Below are positions 9,256 to 17,370 of a stretch of DNA of 64,000 nucleotides, in pieces. The notes beneath the pieces were generated by a model. It searched no databases, was not told the origin of the DNA, and worked only from the letters and a program-made list of their open reading frames with translations. The first letter of the stretch is position 1. Each line of letters starts with the position of its first letter. The DNA comes from an uncultured candidatus Brocadiaceae bacterium (lineage in GTDB: Bacteria; Planctomycetota; UBA1135; UBA2386): positions 17,982 through 81,981 of the forward strand of contig CAYYAQ010000003.1 of assembly GCA_964469555.1 (NCBI GenBank). The letters run 5' to 3'. Both the position numbers and the translations under genes were made by a program.

Positions 9256-10134
9256 ATGAACGACACTGGCAAACGAATCGGTGGTTACGGAGCGGCCGCG
9301 ATCGTGGTCGCAGGATTGATCTACGTGAGCTTCATCCGCGAGACGGACGCGGATCCCATGACCCTCCTCGGCTCCGCGAACGTCCAGATCAGCCTGGCTG
9401 CCGCGTTCCCGGAATTGGACAGGGAAGGCAAGCCGAACGAGGCGCGGATCAAGATCCTGAGAGATGCGAGTGAGTTCGTCGCGAGGGCGCGCAAGCAGAA
9501 TCCGAACCTGCACGCAGGCATTGAGCTCGAGGCGCACCTGTCGTACATGAACGGCGACTACAAGACGGCCGCTGGCCTGTTCAAGGAGGCGCAGGGGAGC
9601 AAGGAATCCACGCCGGAGAGCAGTGTCATCGACAGGCTCAACGAGGCCGGGATGTGGCGTGCGGCGGAGAAACCGGAGAAGGCGTTGGCGGTCCTGGATC
9701 AGCTCTCGGAGTTCCTGGTGACGCACGCGACGATGTCGCAGAATCAACGGGCGCACTTGTTGGTCGAGCTTGACCGCGCCGACGAAGCGGTGGATATCGC
9801 GACACGTCTCGCCTACTCGTGCACGGATCCCGTCGTCCTGGTAAACGTCGGGTTGCTGCTCGAGTCTCAAAATGAGATGGAGATCGCCGAGGCAGCGTTC
9901 AGTGCCGCTGCGGAGAGGGCGCCGTGGGCGAACTACTACTTGGCGAAGCTCAAGATCTACGAAGAGGAGTTCGATACGGGATTGGATCTATTGAAGCGAG
10001 CGGTTGCTGCCGATGGTCGCCGGATTCGAGCCATGCTCAAGCGTGATTCGACGACCTGGAAGTCCATTGAAGGGGACGCGCGTTTCAAGGATCTATTCAC
10101 CTCTGCGAGTAAACCGGCCAATCCTGGTCGCTGA
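9256..10134 (+). CDS. Membrane-anchored TPR-like protein (pilus accessory role is only positional inference)
   Basis: AAGGAG upstream of ATG 9256. One N-terminal TM (GGYGAAAIVVAGLIYVSF), then helical-repeat sequence with TPR-like pairs (YMNGDYKTAAGLFKEA, AEKPEKALAVLDQL, ANYYLAKLKIYEEEFDTGLDLLKRAV). Lies between pilC and the pilin gene. Confidence 0.5.
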   Translation: MNDTGKRIGGYGAAAIVVAGLIYVSFIRETDADPMTLLGSANVQISLAAAFPELDREGKPNEARIKILRDASEFVARARKQNPNLHAGIELEAHLSYMNGDYKTAAGLFKEAQGSKESTPESSVIDRLNEAGMWRAAEKPEKALAVLDQLSEFLVTHATMSQNQRAHLLVELDRADEAVDIATRLAYSCTDPVVLVNVGLLLESQNEMEIAEAAFSAAAERAPWANYYLAKLKIYEEEFDTGLDLLKRAVAADGRRIRAMLKRDSTTWKSIEGDARFKDLFTSASKPANPGR

Positions 10135-10214
10135 GTTGTTTGGGGAGTGGGGCGTGTGTCCCACGACACGCGGAGCGTGTGCTCCGTCACATGGCTGTTT
10201 AGGAAAAATTCATA

Positions 10215-10928
10215 ATGAACAATCGGCAAAAGGGCTTCACGCTCATCGAGCTGATGATCGTTGTCGCGATCATCGCTATCATCGCATCCATCGCTATTCC
10301 GAACCTGTTGAGCGCGCGCTTGAACGCCAACGAGTCGGCCGCGATCGCCACGCTGAAGAACATCTCTTCCGCACAGGCCCAGTGCCAGGCTTCCGGCGCT
10401 ATCGATACCAACAACAACGGCGCTGGTGAATACGGCTACTTCGGCGAGCTCGCCGGTGGCGTTGGCGTCCGCGACAGTGCTGGCTCCGCCAGCACCGACC
10501 ACTTGGCTCCCCCGGTCCTCTCCGGTGCGTTCGCGAACGTCGCCACGCAGTCCGGCATCACCGGTGGCGCCGTCACGCGTTCCGGCTACATCTTCCAGGT
10601 TTACCTCCCGGCCAGTGACATGCTCGGACTGAACGAACAGACCACCGGTGGCGTTGGCTCGACCGCTCCGGACGCCGCGCAGGCTGAGGTTCTCTGGTGC
10701 TGCTACGCTTGGCCGAGCTCATTTGGTAACAGCGGCAAGCGCACCTTCTTCATCAACCAGTCCGGTGACGTTCTGAGCACCAAGAACCTCGCGCAGCGCT
10801 ACAACGGCGCCGCGAAGGTTCCCGGTTGCACCGCCGCATTCCTGAAGGGCGCTGGCAACGAGATGGGTTCGACCGTCGCCGCCAACACCTCGGGCAATGA
10901 CGACCAGGTCTGGGTCGTCGTCAACTAA
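10215..10928 (+). CDS. pilA: Type IV (major) pilin-like protein with class III signal peptide
   Basis: AGGAAAA upstream of the ATG. MNNRQKG|FTLIELMIVVAIIAIIASIAIPNLL, i.e. Gly at -1, Phe at +1, Glu at +5 and a hydrophobic alpha1-N helix. 237 aa with four Cys, including a vicinal pair (WCCYAW). Followed by a strong hairpin. Confidence 0.85.
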   Translation: MNNRQKGFTLIELMIVVAIIAIIASIAIPNLLSARLNANESAAIATLKNISSAQAQCQASGAIDTNNNGAGEYGYFGELAGGVGVRDSAGSASTDHLAPPVLSGAFANVATQSGITGGAVTRSGYIFQVYLPASDMLGLNEQTTGGVGSTAPDAAQAEVLWCCYAWPSSFGNSGKRTFFINQSGDVLSTKNLAQRYNGAAKVPGCTAAFLKGAGNEMGSTVAANTSGNDDQVWVVVN

Positions 10929-10947
10929 GACCGCGATTCAATTCATG

Positions 10948-10988
10948 AAGAGGGTCTTGGACGAAAGTCCGGGACCCTCTTTGCTTGT
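10948..10988 (+). terminator. Strong hairpin / probable intrinsic terminator after the pilin gene
   Basis: AAGAGGGTCTTGGAC-GAAA-GTCCGGGACCCTCTT: a 15-bp stem (two G-U pairs) with a GNRA tetraloop, starting 20 nt after the stop and followed by TGCTTGT. The U-tract is weak. Confidence 0.5.
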
Positions 10989-11159
10989 ACCCGTGAAGAG
11001 GGGTTCCGGCCCTCCTTGCCAGTATCCCGGGGCCCCCGCGGTTGACCCGCCCGGTGCGGCCCGAACCCTGGTGGCAAGGCGGTTATCCGGCGCGGTGTGG
11101 GAGGATCGTACAGCCTATTCCTCAACCCTTTTGGTGATCGTGCCGATAGCCCCGATGGC

Positions 11160-12146
11160 ATGAGCATTTCTAATCCAGTCCGCGGGTACGACCTGCCCGG
11201 GTTGATGACGGGGGAGGTACCGGAGAAACGAGACCGGCGTCAGGTCCCGATCACGCGCCGCACCATCAAAAGCCTCAGCCTGGTCATCCCCGCGAAGAAC
11301 GAAGCCGCTGGCCTCCCCGGTCTTCTCGAAGAGTTGAACGGGGTGCTCGCCCAGCGCGAAGGCCTGCGCTACGAGATCCTGCTCATCGACGACGGTTCGA
11401 CGGACGAGACAGCGGAGATCGGTCTGGCTGCCGGAGCTCGGGTGATCACTCATCCCGAATCCCTGGGCAACGGCGCAGCGGTCAAACGCGGGATTCGTGA
11501 GGCGCAAATGGACTGGGTGGTGCTGTTGGATGGCGATGGCCAGCACCCGCCCGACCAGTTGCCCGAGCTGATCCGGCTGGCTGAGAGCCGCTACGACATG
11601 GTCGTGGGGTCGCGTGGCGGCAGCGGCGGCTCCGTGCACCGCAATCTCGCGAACCGCATCTACAACGGTCTCGCGAGCTACGTGACCAATCGACCCATCC
11701 CTGATCTCACGAGCGGGTACCGGTTGATTCGCGCCGACGTGGTCAAGGGATTCTGCTACCTGCTACCCAATACGTTCAGCTATCCGACGACGATCACGCT
11801 CGCCATGATGAGAGCGGGTTACTCCGTAGGTTTCGCTCCCATCGAGGTGCGAGAGCGGCAGGGGAAGAGTCACATCCGCGTCATTCGCGACGGCACTCGC
11901 TTTCTGATCATCATCCTCCGCATCGCGACGTTCTTCGCGCCGCTGCGCGTGTTCATGCCGCTGTCTGCCGTGATGTTCGCGATGGGTTTGATCTGGTACG
12001 CGATCACCTACTTTACCGGTGGCCGGTTCACGAACATGGGCGTTCTGCTGTTCACGCAGGCATCCGTCATCTTCGGACTCGGCCTCGTCTCCGAGCAGGT
12101 CGCAGCGCTCCGCTTCCAACGATCCGACGGAGACTTCCGGTCGTGA
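11160..12146 (+). CDS. GT2 glycosyltransferase, polyprenyl-phosphate sugar synthase type (DPM1/ArnC/GtrB-like)
   Basis: LSLVIPAKNEA...ILLIDDGSTDET...LLDGDGQHPP (GT-A DxD region), plus C-terminal TM helices (FLIIILRIATFFAPL..., VLLFTQASVIFGLGLVSEQ) as in polyprenol-P glycosyltransferases. Start uncertain: ATG 11160 chosen; GTG 11097 and ATG 11205 are possible. Confidence 0.75.
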   Translation: MSISNPVRGYDLPGLMTGEVPEKRDRRQVPITRRTIKSLSLVIPAKNEAAGLPGLLEELNGVLAQREGLRYEILLIDDGSTDETAEIGLAAGARVITHPESLGNGAAVKRGIREAQMDWVVLLDGDGQHPPDQLPELIRLAESRYDMVVGSRGGSGGSVHRNLANRIYNGLASYVTNRPIPDLTSGYRLIRADVVKGFCYLLPNTFSYPTTITLAMMRAGYSVGFAPIEVRERQGKSHIRVIRDGTRFLIIILRIATFFAPLRVFMPLSAVMFAMGLIWYAITYFTGGRFTNMGVLLFTQASVIFGLGLVSEQVAALRFQRSDGDFRS

Positions 12147-13321
12147 GCGAATTGCGGGTCCTCGCTTTCGGGGCCTGGGATACCGGCGCCGGCTACCCGC
12201 GCGCCGACGCCCTGCTTCTCGGTCTGCGAAGCAGCGGCTGCCTCGTGGACGAGTGTCGGTTCGAGTTGCCGTTCGCTGGAACAGAGAAGCGTCGTCTGTT
12301 GACTTCGCCCTGGTTGTGGCCCGGCTACTGGTGGTCGCTCCGGAAGGCGAAGCAGCAGGCGATCCGGGCCCTCACCGCGGCCGTCGAAGCACATCGTCCC
12401 GACGTGGTCCTCGTGCCGTATCCCGGGCATCTCGTCGTCCGATGGGTGCGCGAGGCGTTTGGGGGACCGATCGTGTTGGATCTCTTCCTGTCCGCGTACG
12501 ACACGGTGGTCATCGATCGTCAGATGTGCAAGCCGGGATCTCCGCTGGCCCGGTTCATGCGGCGCACGGACCAGCGTGCGTGCGAGGCTGCCGACTGCGT
12601 GCTCGTCGACACTCCCGCAAACGCCGTCTTCACCTCGGAACTGGTCGGGCTGCCGCCTGAGCGATTCGTCGCTATCCCCGTGTCGGATCCGATGGAGGCG
12701 GGGGAAGGGCTTCCGTATCGTCCCCCCGAAGTCGACGGGACGATCGAGCTCTTGTTCTTCGGCACCGGTGTGCCGTTGCACGGACTCAGCCACCTCCTCG
12801 ACGCCGTCGAACAGTGTGATCGGGTCCACCTCACGCTCATCTGCGGCGCGGCTGCTGACCGCGTGCGGGCGCAAGCGATACCTTCGAGTCGAGTGCGCGT
12901 CGTCGGCGAGTTCGTGGATCCTGAGGTCTTGCGGGATTACCTCGCCCGGTCGCACCTGGTCGCGGGTGTCTTCGGAACCTCGCAAAAGGCAGACCGCGTG
13001 ATCCCGTTCAAGGTCATGCAAGCACTTTCGGTGGGTCGACCGGTCATCACCGCGCGAACGCGCGCCACGAGCTCCGTGCTTCGTGAAGGCATCGACGCCG
13101 TGCTCGTCCCGCCCGGAAATGCGACCGCCTTGGCGGCGGTCCTTTCGAGTCTGGCCGAACAACCCGAGCGATTGGTGGAGCTGGCCGCGGGGGCGCGCAC
13201 CGTCTACGAGCGCCGGTTCTCGCTCGACGTCACCGGCGGGGCTCTGCGCGGTGCATGCCGCGCGTGCGTCGATCGTTCCTCCTCCCGCGCGGAGACCGTG
13301 GAACTCGTGGAGATGACGTGA
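12143..13321 (+). CDS. GT-B fold glycosyltransferase (GT4-like)
   Basis: GTG start overlaps the upstream stop (GTGA). The C-terminal half resembles the GT4 nucleotide-sugar-binding domain (GVFGTSQKADRVIPFKVMQALSVGRPVITARTRATSSVLREGIDAVLVPPGN). The usual EX7E Glu is Gln here. Confidence 0.65.
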   Translation: MSELRVLAFGAWDTGAGYPRADALLLGLRSSGCLVDECRFELPFAGTEKRRLLTSPWLWPGYWWSLRKAKQQAIRALTAAVEAHRPDVVLVPYPGHLVVRWVREAFGGPIVLDLFLSAYDTVVIDRQMCKPGSPLARFMRRTDQRACEAADCVLVDTPANAVFTSELVGLPPERFVAIPVSDPMEAGEGLPYRPPEVDGTIELLFFGTGVPLHGLSHLLDAVEQCDRVHLTLICGAAADRVRAQAIPSSRVRVVGEFVDPEVLRDYLARSHLVAGVFGTSQKADRVIPFKVMQALSVGRPVITARTRATSSVLREGIDAVLVPPGNATALAAVLSSLAEQPERLVELAAGARTVYERRFSLDVTGGALRGACRACVDRSSSRAETVELVEMT

Positions 13322-15153
13322 GCGACGATCGGAAGCGCGATCACCGCGGGATGTGGGTCATCGCCGTGGCCACTTTGCTCGCGTACTTCCTCTGCCTCGG
13401 CGGAGACTTCGTCTACGACGACGTGCACTCGGTTCGTGACAACAAGGCCGTGAGCTCTCTCGCGAACGTGCCTGGTTTCTTCGTGGACGTGTCCACCTTC
13501 AGCTCCGTCGACTGCCGGCTGTACCGGCCCGTGCTCTTGACGAGCTTCGCCATCGATGGGTTCATCGGCGACATGCGTCCATGGGCGTTCAAGCTCTCGA
13601 ATCTGCTACTGCATCTCGTGGCCGCGTTCCTCTTGTTCGGGATTGCCCGCCGGGTCGGCGCGCGTCGCAACGGCGCGGTGCTCGCGGCGTGTCTCTTCGG
13701 CGCGCACCCGATGGTGTCCGAGGCGGTGAACACGATCTCCGGTCGCAGCAACTTGATGATGGTCGTCGCGCTGCTCGGTGCGGTGCGTTGTCATCTCTCC
13801 GCGATGGAAGGACGGCGATACGCCGTCCTCGGCACGACGCTTCTCGGCCTCGTCGCGATGGGCTGCAAGGAGCCGGGGATGATCCTGCCAGTCTTGCTCG
13901 TCATTCTGGAGGCACTCCGCGTCTCCGATGGTCCGCGGGACTACCGCGCCGCCGCGTTGCGGGTCTTGCCGACCGTGGTGGTGGTCGTCCTCTATCTATG
14001 TGTTCGCTCACACTTCCTCGGCGTGGCGTCGCTCGGGGTCGGGGCGTGGGCAGGCACGGACGTCAGTAGTGGGCACGGGCGGGGACTCGCGACCCAACTC
14101 GCGACGATGGCCGTCTTGTTGCCACAGTCGTTGCTCAAAGTCGTCGCCCCGCACGGCATGACGATGGATCCAGTCATCGCCTTCACGAACGAATGGAGCT
14201 CGCCGGTGGTCCTCGGCGGCGTGTTGTTCCTCGCGGTGCTCACGGCGGCGGGGCTCTGGGCGCCGCGCCGACGTCCCGGGGTCTTTCTCGGCACCTGCCT
14301 CGCATGGGGCACGGCGGCGCCCTGGGTCCTGAAGCCACTGAACCTGCCCTTCCTGGAGCACCGTTTCTACGGAACCCTCGCTGGCCTGGCGTTGGTCGCG
14401 GCCGTGGCCTTGCGGGGCGCAGAGTCTCATCTCGCGCGGATGTCGTGGCGCGGCGCGTTCGCGATCCCCGTGCTGCTGTTCGTGATCATCTCGGGAGCGC
14501 GATCGCTGGAGTTCACGAGCGAAGAGAAGCTCTGGACCCTGGAGCTGTCCCGCAATCCGGACTCACGGGTCGCGATGGCGGGCATCGCGGTGGTTCGCAT
14601 GCAGCAGCATCGCTACGCCGAGGCGCGGCCCTATCTCGAGCAACTCGTGCAGGCCTACCCTCTGCGCCGCGACGCGAGGATGAATCTCGTGGAGGTCATG
14701 TTGCACACCGGCGATCCGGAGGCATCGGTCCCGCACACGCAGTTTCTCATCGAGACGTGGGAGCGAAATGCGTTCTACTGGTTGCTGCGGAGCCGCGTCC
14801 TGGCCGCGGTCGGCGTCTTGCGTCACGAGGATTCGTACTTCGACGCCGCGGTCGACGCCGCCCTGCACTGTCTGAAGATCAAGGAGCCGAAGGGTCTCGT
14901 GTATCGGACGGCTGCGAGCGCGCGTCGGTTGCAAGGCGATCTCGATGCGGCGATCGCCCTGCTGGACAGGAGTGTCGACCGCGGGCTCCATCACTCCTCG
15001 GTGTTGCTTGACCGAAGCGCGCTGTTGATCCGTCGCGGGAGGATCCGGGAGGCTCGGGCCGATCTCCACCGCGCGCGTGGCAACGAACCGTTCAATCCGC
15101 GGGTACTCCGCGCGTTGGAGGAACTCGACGGACGCGGTGCGACGCCGCGTTAG
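13318..15153 (+). CDS. Polytopic GT-C-type glycosyltransferase fused to C-terminal TPR repeats (TMTC/PMT_2-like)
   Basis: GTG 13318 overlaps the upstream stop (GTGA); ATG 13351 is the alternative. About 10 TM segments. First-loop motif GGDFVYDDVHSVRDN (DD at 13417-13422), as I recall for TMTC/PMT-type GT-C enzymes. The C-terminal ~190 aa are TPR-like. Confidence 0.6.
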   Translation: MSDDRKRDHRGMWVIAVATLLAYFLCLGGDFVYDDVHSVRDNKAVSSLANVPGFFVDVSTFSSVDCRLYRPVLLTSFAIDGFIGDMRPWAFKLSNLLLHLVAAFLLFGIARRVGARRNGAVLAACLFGAHPMVSEAVNTISGRSNLMMVVALLGAVRCHLSAMEGRRYAVLGTTLLGLVAMGCKEPGMILPVLLVILEALRVSDGPRDYRAAALRVLPTVVVVVLYLCVRSHFLGVASLGVGAWAGTDVSSGHGRGLATQLATMAVLLPQSLLKVVAPHGMTMDPVIAFTNEWSSPVVLGGVLFLAVLTAAGLWAPRRRPGVFLGTCLAWGTAAPWVLKPLNLPFLEHRFYGTLAGLALVAAVALRGAESHLARMSWRGAFAIPVLLFVIISGARSLEFTSEEKLWTLELSRNPDSRVAMAGIAVVRMQQHRYAEARPYLEQLVQAYPLRRDARMNLVEVMLHTGDPEASVPHTQFLIETWERNAFYWLLRSRVLAAVGVLRHEDSYFDAAVDAALHCLKIKEPKGLVYRTAASARRLQGDLDAAIALLDRSVDRGLHHSSVLLDRSALLIRRGRIREARADLHRARGNEPFNPRVLRALEELDGRGATPR

Positions 15154-15923
15154 GTGAATAGTCGGCGTCCGTTCTCCATCGTCAACGCGGCGGCGTCGTC
15201 GAACGCGATCCCGCGAACCTCGGCCAACGCGGCCAATGTGTGTACCAGGAACGCGGGCTCGTTCGATTCGCTCCGCCGCGGTTGAGGGGTGAGGAACGGC
15301 GCGTCGGTCTCCACGAGGATCCGATCCTCCGATGCGAACGCGGCGGCAGCCCTCAGATCCGTGGCCTTGGGATACGTCAGCGGGCCGGCGAACGACAAGT
15401 AGTAGCCGAGGTCGAGGGCTCTCCTCGCTTCGGCGACGCCGCCTGAGAAACAGTGGATCACGCCGCGGACTCCATCGTGCCCGGCGAGCACCGAGTAGGT
15501 GTCGTCGTGGGCGTCGCGCGAGTGGATGATCACGGGCTTGTCGCGATCCTTCGCGAGTTGAAGGTGCGCCTCGAGTGATCGTCGCTGCTCCTCGGGGGTC
15601 GTCCGGTCCCAGTAGTAGTCGAGACCAGTCTCGCCGATGGCGGTGCAATCGTCCTCCGAGCAGATCGCGGTGAGCGCAGCGAACTCCTCGTCGAACCGGT
15701 AGGCGCTGTTGGGGTGGAGGCCTGCGGAATAGAGCACCGAACACGCTGAGGAGGCGGACAGGCCGCGGCTGAATCCCTGGGCGTTCCGACTCGATGCCAG
15801 GTCGATACCGACAGTCAGCATCGTGGTGATGCCATCCGCGGCGGCGCGGGTCACCGCGGCAGTCGGGTCGTCGACCTCGCCGTCGGTGCGCAGACCCAGG
15901 TGACAGTGGGTGTCGAAGATCAC
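15150..15923 (-). CDS. tatD: TatD-family metal-dependent hydrolase/DNase
   Basis: MIFDTHCHL start, GLHPN, IGETGLDYYW, VIIHSRDA, GVIHCFSG, ETDAPFL: the standard TatD motif series. The 3' end overlaps the convergent gene by 4 nt. Confidence 0.85.
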   Translation of the reverse strand: MIFDTHCHLGLRTDGEVDDPTAAVTRAAADGITTMLTVGIDLASSRNAQGFSRGLSASSACSVLYSAGLHPNSAYRFDEEFAALTAICSEDDCTAIGETGLDYYWDRTTPEEQRRSLEAHLQLAKDRDKPVIIHSRDAHDDTYSVLAGHDGVRGVIHCFSGGVAEARRALDLGYYLSFAGPLTYPKATDLRAAAAFASEDRILVETDAPFLTPQPRRSESNEPAFLVHTLAALAEVRGIAFDDAAALTMENGRRLFT

Positions 15924-15944
15924 CGAACGAATGTAGCGCGACCG

Positions 15945-16994
15945 CTACTTATCGGCGAAGTCGAACTGCTTCTTGTAGTCGTTGAGCTTCGCTCGGATCC
16001 CCGCGTCGACTTCCTTCATGTCGACCTCCTTCAGGAACGGCACGGCATCCTGACCGAGGGCTTCGACGACGGCTACCATGCACTTGCGACGGAAGAGGGG
16101 ATTGGGCACCTGGCCTGGAACGGGCGCTTGCTGCCAGAACAGCTCCTTGATGCGGTTGGCGGACATGACGGACTTCATCCTGCCCAGCGCTTCAACGCAC
16201 CGTTGCACCGTGATCGTCTCGTAGTACTCGGTTCTTGTCAGCATCCGCAGGAGGGTCCTCTCCACCTCGGGATGACCCGTCGCCACGTAGTCGTCGATGT
16301 AGTTGAACAGTTGCTTGGGGTGTAGCCCCGGAGTCTGGCTTCCGGCACGCTGACTCGGGTTGGTGTGTTTTTCGGCGAGCAGCTCGTGCAGGATCTCGCC
16401 GGCGATCTTCTTGTCGGCCAGCAGCAACTCGCTCGCGGCGAAGCGGCGCAGTCGAAGACTGACCGCGAACTCCTTGCCACGCAGCACGCGGGCGAGGAGG
16501 TCCTTGCCCTTTGGAGGATCGGCGGACAGCGCGGCGATGAGGAGCCACTTGCGCAACTCGTCGTTGGTCGTCGCGTCCCCTCCGACACTCTGCTCGGCGA
16601 GGAACGCGCTCTCGATCTGCGCGGAGGCGTCCGGGAGGAAGGACATGGTCTCGACGATGTCCTTCATGCGTTCGTCGACGAAGAACCGATCGTCCGAACC
16701 CGGCTTGCTCTTTTCCAACCACGGGGCCCAGTACTGCAGGTGCTCGAGCAAGAGCAGGAAGCCGGCGCCTTCGTACTTGGCCGTCGCGAAGTAACCCCAC
16801 TCCCTCACGGAGTGTTGCAGGGCTCGCAATCGACCGTCGAGTTCATCGCGGGTCGCGTGGGCGTCGTGGACGAGGTACCCGGTGCCCGCGAGGTTCGCGA
16901 TCAGGAGGGCCACCAGCAGGCCGGGGACCAGTCGCGCGGGATTGGGAGCGTTGGAAGTCGGGTTGGTTGTCATCTCGGCGCCTTTTATGCCCAT
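15945..16994 (-). CDS. Hypothetical signal-anchored helical-repeat (HEAT-like) protein
   Basis: N-terminal hydrophobic anchor LVPGLLVALLIANLAGTGYLV, then alpha-helical repeat-like sequence. No motif I can name. Start could be ATG 16973 (MTTNPTS). Coding call rests on length, GC3 pattern and the absence of a better frame. Confidence 0.5.
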   Translation of the reverse strand: MGIKGAEMTTNPTSNAPNPARLVPGLLVALLIANLAGTGYLVHDAHATRDELDGRLRALQHSVREWGYFATAKYEGAGFLLLLEHLQYWAPWLEKSKPGSDDRFFVDERMKDIVETMSFLPDASAQIESAFLAEQSVGGDATTNDELRKWLLIAALSADPPKGKDLLARVLRGKEFAVSLRLRRFAASELLLADKKIAGEILHELLAEKHTNPSQRAGSQTPGLHPKQLFNYIDDYVATGHPEVERTLLRMLTRTEYYETITVQRCVEALGRMKSVMSANRIKELFWQQAPVPGQVPNPLFRRKCMVAVVEALGQDAVPFLKEVDMKEVDAGIRAKLNDYKKQFDFADK

Positions 16995-17255
16995 CGCGGG
17001 GCGCCGTCACAACCGTTCGATTGTGAACGGCTCCCGGCGTGGGATTCCGCACACTCCGGAGCGCCTCGGAGAGCGTGTTCTTGGGGATGCCCTACCGGCC
17101 CATAACATCGTGCGGTAAAGGCTTTTGCGAATTGCGCTGGGGCGGATATGCCACGATTTCTGCGGTGGCGATCTCCCCGTCGCACGGCATGGAACTTGAC
17201 CCTCCTGGCAGGTGCCCTGGCTCGACCCGAAATGGGGGCTCTAAAGCCCCTGTGT

Positions 17256-17288
17256 CCTGCTATCTTTGAGAGCCTGCCATCTTTGCGA
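17256..17288. promoter_or_regulatory. Tandem 16-nt direct repeat upstream of the first giant lipoprotein gene (candidate regulator site)
   Basis: CCTGCTATCTTTGAGA-g-CCTGCCATCTTTGCGA: 14/16 identical, period 17 nt, 83-115 nt upstream of ATG 17371 in a 376-bp divergent intergenic region. Confidence 0.25.
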
Positions 17289-17370
17289 GGATGGCCCGTC
17301 CGCAGACTCCGAAACGGGCTAGGGCTCACGATCGTGTCCCCAAATCCCTGATCTACCCCTCGAGCATCTC

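Noticed and set aside
17206-17222. Sigma-54-like element TGGCAGgtgccCTGGCT upstream of the lipoprotein genes. I also looked for a -24/-12 promoter upstream of the pilin gene.
   Set aside because: The -12 element reads TGG where the invariant GC is required at the correct 11-nt spacing. Nothing resembling TGGCAC-N5-TTGC is present before the pilin gene, and no sigma-54 activator gene is nearby.
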